Source of the DNA: an uncultured Marinoscillum sp.
Lineage (GTDB): Bacteria; Bacteroidota; Bacteroidia; Cytophagales; MED-G16
Assembly (NCBI GenBank): GCA_902529805.1
Contig: CABZXU010000001.1
Span: 126,084-190,083 of the forward strand
DNA: 64,000 nucleotides
Reading direction: 5' to 3'
Each line of letters starts with the position of its first letter. Within the stretch, counting starts at the first letter, position 1. Both the position numbers and the translations under genes were made by a program. A model generated the notes under the pieces. It made no database searches and was not told the origin of the DNA. It saw only the letters and a list, made by a program, of their open reading frames with translations. Below, piece by piece: positions 48,165 through 56,541 of the stretch.

Positions 48165-48190
48165 CATTCTTTTAAATTAAAAATATAAAT

Positions 48191-48979
48191 ATGAAAAAAT
48201 TATTATTAATTATATCTGTAATGTTTTTCTATGGATGTAATACAAACCCAGATTATCAGGCTAATCTTGAATTAGCAAAAAAATGGGTTCAAGTTTTTGA
48301 AAAAGGGGATATTGAACTTTGGAAGGAAATCATGTCTGAAGACCTTCGAGATCAAGCGCCTTTATATGGAATGGGTGAAGTAGATTATGCAACATCACAA
48401 CAAATTGCTGAATTTTATGTCAATAGTTATACAGATGTTAAATTTAATGATCCTATGTGGTTACCAGGAATTGATACTGGAACCATGACTCTTGACGGTA
48501 GTGTAAGAGCTTATGGAGTATGGACTGGAAAAAGTAAGTCAACAGGCAGAACATTTACCTTACCATCTTATCACAACTTTGATTTTGCTGATGGAAAGAT
48601 TATATACACTGGAGAATATTTTGATGCAACAGGAATGGTTAACTCTGTTGGTCCTGTTCAAAGAAATGTAGTGGTAGTTACTTTAGATGTTAAAAAAGGA
48701 AATTATGAGAAAATTCAGACTTTAATGGATACAGAAGCTGGATTAAAAACTACTAGAAATTATGATGGTTGTACTCATACCGAAGCATTTTTTAATGAAG
48801 AAAATGGCAAATATATTGTTATTGAACATTGGGAATCATTTGAAAAATATAATGCGTATTCTGAGTGGAGATTAAACGAAGATCCAAGTGGGCTTGTTAA
48901 TGAAATGTTACCTCTACTTGTTGGTGGCATGAATGGCCTAAGTATATATTCAAATAATACTGGATATGGGTTTTATTAA
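48191..48979 (+). CDS. Lipoprotein with an N-terminal SnoaL/NTF2-like domain and a C-terminal ABM (antibiotic-biosynthesis-monooxygenase-like) domain
   Basis: 262 aa with lipobox FYGC. The N-terminal half is paralogous to 25820..26323. The C-terminal half has an ABM-like pattern (VVVVTLDVKKGNYEKIQ...YIVIEHWESFEKYNAYSEWR). Confidence 0.6.
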   Translation: MKKLLLIISVMFFYGCNTNPDYQANLELAKKWVQVFEKGDIELWKEIMSEDLRDQAPLYGMGEVDYATSQQIAEFYVNSYTDVKFNDPMWLPGIDTGTMTLDGSVRAYGVWTGKSKSTGRTFTLPSYHNFDFADGKIIYTGEYFDATGMVNSVGPVQRNVVVVTLDVKKGNYEKIQTLMDTEAGLKTTRNYDGCTHTEAFFNEENGKYIVIEHWESFEKYNAYSEWRLNEDPSGLVNEMLPLLVGGMNGLSIYSNNTGYGFY

Positions 48980-48998
48980 AAATTCATAATATTCTTTT

Positions 48999-49031
48999 AA
49001 AAAAACCCTCTAAAACCTAGAGGGTTTTTTA
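48999..49031. terminator. Bidirectional intrinsic terminator
   Basis: Stem CCCTCTA/TAGAGGG (49006-49012 and 49018-49024) with loop AAACC, flanked by an A-run (48999-49005) and a T-run (49025-49030). It lies between convergent genes. Confidence 0.8.
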
Positions 49032-49049
49032 TTTCTTAAAAAATTTAAA

Positions 49050-49955
49050 TCAAAAAAATATTTTTTGCGCAAACCTAAAGGTATTTGAGTGAGCCTCAAC
49101 GATATCTTTAATTTTTTTTGAATACCCTCCACCCATACTAACTTGAATGGGTATTTCATTTTGTTTTGCAATTTTTAAAACAAAATTATCTCTTTGTTTA
49201 CAGGCTTCTATTGATAAAGATAGTTTTCCAAGCTGATCACTTTCTAAAACATCAACTCCCGATAGATAGAAAATAAATTCTGGTTGAAATTGATCAATAA
49301 CTTTAGGTAATATTTGATTTAATTTTTTTAAATAAAATTGATCATTAGTAAAATCATCTAATGCTAAATCTAAATCACTTTTCTCTTTTTTAAATGGATA
49401 ATTATTTTTACCATGGAAAGATAAAGTAAATACATTATCATTATTTGAAAAAATTGAAGCTGTTCCATCACCTTGATGAACATCCAAATCAAGAATTAGT
49501 ATTTTTTTAACATAATTATTTTCTAATAAAAAGTTTGCAGCAATAGCTTGATCATTCAACATACAAAAAGCACCCCCCCTATCATAAAAGGCATGGTGAG
49601 TTCCTCCAGCTATATTCATAGAAATCATATTATTTAGGGCATAAATAGAGCAATCAATAGTTCCTTGAGCAATTACTTTTTCCCTTTTTATAAGATTTTT
49701 TGTAACTGGAAATCCAATAGGTCTTATTTCATTTTTTGAAAGAGATAAAGATGAAAGTCTTCTGTAATAACTTTTTTCATGAGTTAATAAAGCATTTTCA
49801 TCAATAATTACTTCAGGAGAAAAAAAATTATTAGGTGTACATGTTCCTTCTCTTATTAATTGATCAGGAATTAATTCATATTTTTCCATAGGAAATCTAT
49901 GACCTTTTTCTAAATGATATTTATAAATACTATCAAAAGCAATTTTGAGCATCAA
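49050..49955 (-). CDS. Histone deacetylase-family (Zn-dependent deacetylase/amidohydrolase) protein
   Basis: 301 aa with HDAC motifs GGTHHAF and DLDVHQGDGT. Confidence 0.8.
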   Translation of the reverse strand: MMLKIAFDSIYKYHLEKGHRFPMEKYELIPDQLIREGTCTPNNFFSPEVIIDENALLTHEKSYYRRLSSLSLSKNEIRPIGFPVTKNLIKREKVIAQGTIDCSIYALNNMISMNIAGGTHHAFYDRGGAFCMLNDQAIAANFLLENNYVKKILILDLDVHQGDGTASIFSNNDNVFTLSFHGKNNYPFKKEKSDLDLALDDFTNDQFYLKKLNQILPKVIDQFQPEFIFYLSGVDVLESDQLGKLSLSIEACKQRDNFVLKIAKQNEIPIQVSMGGGYSKKIKDIVEAHSNTFRFAQKIFF

Positions 49956-49976
49956 ATATTTTTATAAATGAAAAAA

Positions 49977-50930
49977 CTATCTTAATCCATCAATATCATA
50001 TCTAGATAAATAATTCCAAATTAATTGATTGGCGTCTATATCTCCATTAGAATAACCTTTTACTGAATTTGAATTTGAACTTATATTTGGCCAAGAATGA
50101 CCACCACCAATAACTTTATAATGTTCAACTGAAGTACCATTAGTTCCGTTCTTCCATGAATGATGTTCAACTGTGCTTTCATCTGAAGTATTGATATTAT
50201 CAATCTGAGATATAACGGGAGAAGAATCTGTAGAATTGAAGCTTACCCAATATGCATTTGAGTTTTCTTGCGAAATATAATAGCTTCCAATACCATCATA
50301 ATTATCTTCTGTTCCATGAATATTTATTATTGGTGTTGGATGAGATGGGGAGCAGGAATTGAATGTATCAATAAACATATGACCAGCCACAACACCTATT
50401 CCAGCAATTTTATCATTCATTAAACATGCTATTTCATAAGCTAGATATGCTCCATTAGAAAAACCGCAAACATAAATTCTTTTCTGATCAACCGAATAAA
50501 TTGAAGATAATTCATCAATTATTTTTCCTATAAATCCTACATCATTTACTTCTGTTGATTTTGAGTTTTCACCTCCTAGATGCCATGTAGGATCGCCCCT
50601 ACTGTCAGATGTTGCTTGGGGATAAACGAGAATGAAGTTTTCATTATCAGCAATTGATCTCATATCACTTACATATTCCATATAATCCTGCGCCATAGAT
50701 GCTCCTCCATGAAGATTAAATAAAATAGGATAATTAATTGAAGAATTATAATTTGGGGGTACATATAAGATAAACTCTCTATTTATCTGATCATAGTTTA
50801 TATTCTGGTTGGTCAAGCCAGTCTGTGAAAGTAAACTTTCTTCATTATTACAAGAAGTAATTATGAAAAAAAAAGATAATAAAATATTTATTTTTAATCT
50901 ATTCAATAAAAAGTTCTTTACAAATAACAT
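49977..50930 (-). CDS. Alpha/beta-hydrolase esterase, PHB-depolymerase/LpqC-like lipoprotein
   Basis: 317 aa with lipobox ITSC, nucleophile elbow CGFSNGA, and an LHGG oxyanion-type motif. Confidence 0.7.
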   Translation of the reverse strand: MLFVKNFLLNRLKINILLSFFFIITSCNNEESLLSQTGLTNQNINYDQINREFILYVPPNYNSSINYPILFNLHGGASMAQDYMEYVSDMRSIADNENFILVYPQATSDSRGDPTWHLGGENSKSTEVNDVGFIGKIIDELSSIYSVDQKRIYVCGFSNGAYLAYEIACLMNDKIAGIGVVAGHMFIDTFNSCSPSHPTPIINIHGTEDNYDGIGSYYISQENSNAYWVSFNSTDSSPVISQIDNINTSDESTVEHHSWKNGTNGTSVEHYKVIGGGHSWPNISSNSNSVKGYSNGDIDANQLIWNYLSRYDIDGLR

Positions 50931-51059
50931 ACATCTATATTTAACATATTCTTAACATTAAAATTTGAAAAGATAAAATTCTGTGATTACTTTTATAACA
51001 TCTAACGATATTATCCCCAAAAGTGTTTTAAGTTTTTTTAAAATTAAAATTATAATACA

Positions 51060-51755
51060 ATGAAAAATTTATTTATTGGATTCTTTACCATTATTATGGT
51101 ATTTGAATCTAAAGCACAGCAGGTATATTGGAATTGTTTTAATATAATTGTTGATAATCCAACTGAATTAGTAACTGCGCTAGACGCTTTTATGGAAACT
51201 ACCGATGCAGGAAAAAGTTTTACTCCAGCTTCTCTTACAGAAATGAGAAATTATGGAACAAACTATTCAGCTACTCATCAATTATGTTTCTTTTCACCAG
51301 ATCCAGCCTCATTAGAAGCTAACAGAAGTAAATTAAATAATTTACAAGCAGGTGTACTTATGGGGGTTTGGGATAAAACCGTAACAGTTGAATCATCTAT
51401 TCTAGGTCAATCTCTAATAGCTGATCCTTCAAAATTCAATTTGCCATATGGTGTGATTTACTCCATTCAAGTATCAGACCCCGTAGCTTATGGTGCTGCA
51501 TTTTCAAAAATGATATCGTCTATAGACTATGATGGAGCTATAGAATTACATGAAGCATTGATTGGCGGTGAAACAGGAGTAACTCATTATATTGTTGTTA
51601 GAACTAAAGATATGGCTACATGGGTAAGAGAAAGAAATAAGGTAAATGCATCTAAAGCATTTCAAGATTTTATAGTTGCTACAAGTGCTATTTCTAATAG
51701 ATCTGCAGTAGATATTTTCTCAGGTATGTTGATTAAACAATATAACGTACAATAA
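51060..51755 (+). CDS. Secreted protein of unknown function, array member A (two ferredoxin-like halves)
   Basis: 231 aa with signal peptide ..VFESKAQ/Q. It is a paralog of 52643..53329 (shared ATH, P..Y..AF.KM and GV(T/S)HYI motifs). Confidence 0.8.
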   Translation: MKNLFIGFFTIIMVFESKAQQVYWNCFNIIVDNPTELVTALDAFMETTDAGKSFTPASLTEMRNYGTNYSATHQLCFFSPDPASLEANRSKLNNLQAGVLMGVWDKTVTVESSILGQSLIADPSKFNLPYGVIYSIQVSDPVAYGAAFSKMISSIDYDGAIELHEALIGGETGVTHYIVVRTKDMATWVRERNKVNASKAFQDFIVATSAISNRSAVDIFSGMLIKQYNVQ

Positions 51756-51762
51756 ATATGTC

Positions 51763-51832
51763 TTATTTGGATTTATTCCAAATAATATATAATTTGCTCT
51801 CCCTTTCAACTTGAAAGAAGGGAGAGCAAATT
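51763..51832 (+). terminator. Two consecutive hairpins after array gene A (attenuator/processing site candidate)
   Basis: Hairpin 1 is TTATTTGGA/TCCAAATAA (51763-51785, 9 bp, loop TTTAT). Hairpin 2 is AATTTGCTCTCCCTT/AAGGGAGAGCAAATT (51791-51832, 15 bp, 12-nt loop). No U-tract follows either. Confidence 0.5.
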
Positions 51833-51860
51833 ATATTAAAAACTAAACTTAAAGGGTATC

Positions 51861-52622
51861 ATGAAAAATTTTATATTAATTTTCGCATTAATTATTAATG
51901 CTAATTTCGTTTTTGGCCAAGCTATTTCGTATAGATATATTAAACCTATAAAAGGTCATGGTCAAGACCTTAGAAAAGGATTAGAAGACAAAACAAAAAA
52001 ATATAATTCCAAAGAAAGCGATCCAAGGATTTATACTTTTGCAGTTAGGGCAAGTCAAAGAGGGTCAATGTCGGGAGTTCTTAGGATGTCTTATGGTGAA
52101 ACACTAGGTGAACTGTCAGTTGGCGGATCTGGTCAACCTGGAATGATGGAATACTGGATGGAAAATGTTGATAAATATATTGAATCAAATTCTCCAAGTG
52201 AAATTTTTACTCTAAGAAAAAGCGCTACTCATAATGATGCGTTAGGTACTGAAAAACCTTTTAGAAGAGTTTTTCATTACATTATTAAACCAGGACAATG
52301 GGACAAATTTTGGAAAGTCAGAGATAATTTACCCAAAGCAATTGAAGAATCAGGTGTTGACTTTGACGTTAATGCTTTTCAATCTTTTGCTGGTGGACCA
52401 AGAGGACATGTAAGAATTGTTGTTTTTGGAAAAGACATGAAAAGTTTTGAACCAGGATCTGGGGATTGGCAAAAAATAAGATCTGCTTATGAAAAGATTT
52501 ATGGGGAGGATTCATGGGATATAGACTGGGAATTAAGTAGAAATAGTCAACGAGAATGGGGAAATTCAGTTGAATTACTTGAATTTATGCCTGAATTAAG
52601 TTCCCCATTATTAGATAAATAA
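51861..52622 (+). CDS. Secreted protein of unknown function, array member B
   Basis: 253 aa with signal peptide ..NFVFGQ/A. It is a paralog of 53362..54120 (shared KYN, YTF, FWKVR, Y..IYG..SW..DW and PELSSP motifs). Confidence 0.8.
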   Translation: MKNFILIFALIINANFVFGQAISYRYIKPIKGHGQDLRKGLEDKTKKYNSKESDPRIYTFAVRASQRGSMSGVLRMSYGETLGELSVGGSGQPGMMEYWMENVDKYIESNSPSEIFTLRKSATHNDALGTEKPFRRVFHYIIKPGQWDKFWKVRDNLPKAIEESGVDFDVNAFQSFAGGPRGHVRIVVFGKDMKSFEPGSGDWQKIRSAYEKIYGEDSWDIDWELSRNSQREWGNSVELLEFMPELSSPLLDK

Positions 52623-52642
52623 ACTTAAAACTTAAAATAACT

Positions 52643-53329
52643 ATGAAAAAATCAATTATAATTTTACTTATAATATTTACACATCTAAACGTTTTTTCAC
52701 AAGAATATGTGTGGACTGTATATAATATTAAAGTAGACAGAGTTAATGCAGGGCAAGTTGTTACTGCAATGGATAAATACCTTTCAAAACCTGGTAATTT
52801 AGTAGATGGTGTCACTGTATCTTTATTTGAAATAATGTTTGCTAGTAATGACATGGATGCAACACATGTAATTGCTTTTACAGGTAGTGCAGATGCTATG
52901 AATGCTCAATATTCTAGAGAGACTGGTGATGACTGGAAAGTAATGATGAGTACGTTTGATCAAGTAACTAAAAGTGATGGGTCAGCTGCAGGTAGATCTA
53001 TTCATACAATAAATACTGATGCAGAAGGTCCAATGCAACATATCATACAAATGAAAGTTGATGAACCACAAAAATATGCTCCTGCATTTAAAAAAATGTG
53101 GTCTACAGTAAAGCCTAGTGGTAGGTTAACTTTAGGTCAATTTATTAGTGGTAGAAAAGATGGGGTTTCTCATTATATTTTAATATCAAGAAATAATTTA
53201 AAGGATCTTCTTTCTCCAAGAGAGTGGAATACCAAGGAACAAGATGCATGGGAAAAGTATAGAAAAGAAAGAGGTGATTCGGAAATTATCACAACAATGA
53301 CAAGAGCGTTGGTAAAACAATGGAAATAA
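52643..53329 (+). CDS. Secreted protein of unknown function, array member A'
   Basis: 228 aa with signal peptide ..LNVFSQ/E. It is a paralog of member A. Confidence 0.8.
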   Translation: MKKSIIILLIIFTHLNVFSQEYVWTVYNIKVDRVNAGQVVTAMDKYLSKPGNLVDGVTVSLFEIMFASNDMDATHVIAFTGSADAMNAQYSRETGDDWKVMMSTFDQVTKSDGSAAGRSIHTINTDAEGPMQHIIQMKVDEPQKYAPAFKKMWSTVKPSGRLTLGQFISGRKDGVSHYILISRNNLKDLLSPREWNTKEQDAWEKYRKERGDSEIITTMTRALVKQWK

Positions 53330-53361
53330 TTTTTTAAACTAAAAACTAAATTTATAATACA

Positions 53362-54120
53362 ATGAAATACATATATTTTATACTAATTACTTTATTTATA
53401 TCCTTTCAAGGATTATCACAGTCATCAGTTGTCTGGTTGTCTTACCATAAACCTATGAAAGGAAAAGGATCAGAGTTGTTTGATGCTATTAAGGATAAAA
53501 CACAAAAATATAATCAAGGACAAAATGATTCAAAGCTATATACATTTAGTATTATGGCCGGACCAAGACAAGGAGAATTTTTAAGAGTAGGTATGGGACC
53601 AACATGGAAAGACTTTGATAACTGGAGTCCAGATTCAAAGGAGATGGATTATTGGAGAGATAATGTTGCTCCTCTAATTGAATCATCTTCTGGAAGAGAA
53701 TACTTTGAAAGAGTTGATGATGCAAGTTATGATGCAAGTACCCCAGGTGAAAATAGTGTAGGATTAATGATTCACTATAACATAGGAGGTAATCCAAATC
53801 ATTTTTGGAAGGTAAGAAGAAATGCTGTTAAAGCAATTAAAAAATCAGGTGAAAGTGTTACATTAAATGTTTGGAGGTCAGCAGGTGGAGGTCCACAAAA
53901 TCACATAATAGTTGCATTTTCATATAAAAATATGGAGGAATATGGTAATGCTCAAAAAGTTTGGGATAAAGTAGGTGCAAAGTATGATGAAATTTATGGG
54001 GCTGGATCATGGAATACTGATTGGGGACTTTTGAGAGGTAGTCTTGAAATGTGGGGTGCTCAAACTGAGATAACTAGATTTCTACCAGAACTAAGCTCTC
54101 CTCCAATAGCTTTACAATAA
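53362..54120 (+). CDS. Secreted protein of unknown function, array member B'
   Basis: 252 aa with signal peptide ..FQGLSQ/S. It is a paralog of member B. Confidence 0.8.
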   Translation: MKYIYFILITLFISFQGLSQSSVVWLSYHKPMKGKGSELFDAIKDKTQKYNQGQNDSKLYTFSIMAGPRQGEFLRVGMGPTWKDFDNWSPDSKEMDYWRDNVAPLIESSSGREYFERVDDASYDASTPGENSVGLMIHYNIGGNPNHFWKVRRNAVKAIKKSGESVTLNVWRSAGGGPQNHIIVAFSYKNMEEYGNAQKVWDKVGAKYDEIYGAGSWNTDWGLLRGSLEMWGAQTEITRFLPELSSPPIALQ

Positions 54121-54151
54121 AATAATTGTATAATGTAAATTAAAAATAAAA

Positions 54152-54919
54152 ATGAGAATTTTATATAGTATTATTTTAATAGGTTTATTATCAGGAGTTG
54201 CTTATGCTCAAGATAATAATATGGATCCAACGGATCATGAGATTGCTACTTGGCAATTTAGAAGTATTAGTCCTAGTGATGTGGCTAATTTTTTATCAAA
54301 TGAAGATAATGTTTTTAGAAAAGCTGTTAAATCAGCTATTGCTGATGGAAGAATGAGACATTGGGGCTTATTAAGAAAAGTTAATGGCAATACATCTTCA
54401 GGTCATAACTATTTTTTTTATAATGGTTTTAATAAAATAACTGATTTAGATAACTCCCCGTGGGGTGCTGGCTCTAGTTTTGGATTAAAACCAGTAAAGT
54501 CAGCTGGTGTTTTAGGAACTGTTCATACATCTCCTGCTATTCAAGTATTTGCTGATAACCCAAAGCCTGGAAGCTATCTAGTTATAAATTATGCTAATCC
54601 CAATGATTTAGATAAATTTATTCAACTACAAAATGATGTTTGGAAACCATTCATTAAAACCTTTATAAATGATACACAGTCATCATTGGCCGGTTGGGAA
54701 GTACATAGAGTTGTTTCTCCTACAGGAAATGCGTATAACTGGAATGTTGCTACAATTGATCATTACACAAGTTTAAGTGGTGCAATGAACCCTTTTCCTA
54801 ATGGTTTTGATTGGCCTGAAGGCTTAGAAGAAATTAATAATCTTCTTCCAAATGGAAAATTTACTAGATCAGTTATTTATGAAGTTGTCTTCTATGAAGG
54901 ACTTGATGCAAGTAAATAA
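54152..54919 (+). CDS. Secreted protein of unknown function, array member C
   Basis: 255 aa with signal peptide ..GVAYAQ/D. It has two halves with a beta-alpha-beta pattern (EIATWQFRSISPSDVANF... and GSYLVINYANPNDLDKFIQ...). Confidence 0.8.
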   Translation: MRILYSIILIGLLSGVAYAQDNNMDPTDHEIATWQFRSISPSDVANFLSNEDNVFRKAVKSAIADGRMRHWGLLRKVNGNTSSGHNYFFYNGFNKITDLDNSPWGAGSSFGLKPVKSAGVLGTVHTSPAIQVFADNPKPGSYLVINYANPNDLDKFIQLQNDVWKPFIKTFINDTQSSLAGWEVHRVVSPTGNAYNWNVATIDHYTSLSGAMNPFPNGFDWPEGLEEINNLLPNGKFTRSVIYEVVFYEGLDASK

Positions 54920-54952
54920 ATATTAATTTTTAGATTAAAATAAATTTTTAAA

Positions 54953-55729
54953 ATGAAAAATACATTTATAACATTATTAATGTTTGTGTTAATCTCTTAT
55001 GATGGGATTAGCCAAAAAGTTGAAGGTATCAGTATTATGGATGCAGTTGTTCTTAAAGAAGGGATGGAAGAAAAATATATTGAAGTTGAGGAATTCTGGT
55101 CTAAAATTCATGAAGAGTTAATTAAAGAAGGTAAAAAAGTAGACTGGTCAATTTGGAAAAGATTACCTGGTGAACCTGTCTCCATCGATAGCAAACCAGC
55201 AGATTTTTTTATTTTTAATAATTTTGAATCGATTGAACAAATGCAAGCTAATAATGATATAGACTATGTTGCAATTGCTCAAAAAGTTCATGGAATTTCA
55301 AAGAAGAAAGCAACAAAAATGATTGATTCATCATCTGATCCTAGAGAAGCAACAAGGTCATATACCTTATCTATTCTATCAAGAGCAATGGCTCAAGATT
55401 TAAAAATAGAAAAAGGAACCATTGCTTCAATTTCTTTAATGCAAGAAAAAAATGATGATTATGAATCATTTGAAATGGAGGTTTTTAAAAATCAATTTCA
55501 AAAAAGAATTGATGCAGGAGCACAAAATTTTTGGGGTTTTACAAGAGTAGAAAATAGATCAGAAAATGCCTACAATCAATTTTCCCATATTTGTTTTAAT
55601 ATTAATGGGGAAAAAGAATACAATGGTAAAGATGATTTTAAAACTCAAAAGCTTGTAGAATTAGGTATGAAATCAAGAGATATGATTCCTAATCCAGGTT
55701 CCATGGAATGTGTATTTATTAAACAATAA
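54953..55729 (+). CDS. Secreted protein of unknown function, array member D
   Basis: 258 aa with signal peptide ..YDGISQ/K and the same two-half architecture as members C and E. Confidence 0.8.
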   Translation: MKNTFITLLMFVLISYDGISQKVEGISIMDAVVLKEGMEEKYIEVEEFWSKIHEELIKEGKKVDWSIWKRLPGEPVSIDSKPADFFIFNNFESIEQMQANNDIDYVAIAQKVHGISKKKATKMIDSSSDPREATRSYTLSILSRAMAQDLKIEKGTIASISLMQEKNDDYESFEMEVFKNQFQKRIDAGAQNFWGFTRVENRSENAYNQFSHICFNINGEKEYNGKDDFKTQKLVELGMKSRDMIPNPGSMECVFIKQ

Positions 55730-55757
55730 TTTTTTATTATAATAAATTTAAAATCAA

Positions 55758-56504
55758 ATGAAACATATATGTATAACACTAATAATAATATTTAGTTCTT
55801 TCGTATTAAAAGCTCAAGAAGTATTTTTCCTTCATGCAGTTAAAATTCATGAAGATAGAGTTGAAAGTTTTGAGGAAATACAAAAGAATTATGCTAGAGA
55901 ACTTGCCCAAGATGCAAAAAAAGAAGGTATCTTAAAAGATTGGGTTTTATTGAAGCCAGTAGAATTTATGGGTGAATCTACCGAACAAGAATACAACTAC
56001 GTATGGGTTCACATATTTAAAGATGTTAAACAAATGGTTAATAGAACAACATGGTGGGATAAGTCAAAAGAAAAGTTCGGCATTGAACCATCTGTTTTAT
56101 TTAGAGAAGATCTTGAAAAAAGTGGATATTGGTATTGGAAAACTGAAAAGCAAATTGAAACAGGGAGTATGGGAAAATATATCATATTTAACTGGGCTAC
56201 TCCATCTGATCTAAATCAAGCAATTTCACTTGCTGATGATATTTCTGAGACATTTAAAGCCAGAATGAAAAATGTTGGTATGACAGAATGGGGTGTTGCA
56301 ACTAAAATTATGCCACAAGGATTAGATAATTCTACAATATTCTTTTGGGATGCTTATGAAACATTTGAGGGGGCGGTTAAACATCTAATGAATGATGCGA
56401 TTCTTAAAGATATTGATGGTGAAATGTTTCAAGATTTTTTCAAACTTATGCCAAATGGTTGGGATAATAGAATGATTTTTGAACCCGTCACATCTACTAA
56501 CTAG
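55758..56504 (+). CDS. Secreted protein of unknown function, array member E
   Basis: 248 aa with signal peptide ..FVLKAQ/E. An internal repeat is visible: VFFLHAVKIHEDRVESFEEIQ...DWVLLKP versus YIIFNWATPSDLNQAISLADD...EWGVATKIMP. Confidence 0.8.
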   Translation: MKHICITLIIIFSSFVLKAQEVFFLHAVKIHEDRVESFEEIQKNYARELAQDAKKEGILKDWVLLKPVEFMGESTEQEYNYVWVHIFKDVKQMVNRTTWWDKSKEKFGIEPSVLFREDLEKSGYWYWKTEKQIETGSMGKYIIFNWATPSDLNQAISLADDISETFKARMKNVGMTEWGVATKIMPQGLDNSTIFFWDAYETFEGAVKHLMNDAILKDIDGEMFQDFFKLMPNGWDNRMIFEPVTSTN

Positions 56505-56505
56505 A

Positions 56506-56537
56506 TAAAAAAACCATCCCAATCGGATGGTTTTTTT
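56506..56537. terminator. Bidirectional intrinsic terminator closing the array (and murF on the other strand)
   Basis: Stem ACCATCC/GGATGGT (56513-56519 and 56525-56531) with loop CAATC, flanked by an A-run (56506-56513) and a T-run (56531-56537). Confidence 0.8.
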
Positions 56538-56541
56538 ATAA

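Noticed and set aside
52585-52854. An 89-aa minus-strand ORF spanning the junction between array genes B and A'.
   Set aside because: It is antisense to two well-formed signal-peptide genes, and its translation shows no recognisable features. It is most likely spurious.
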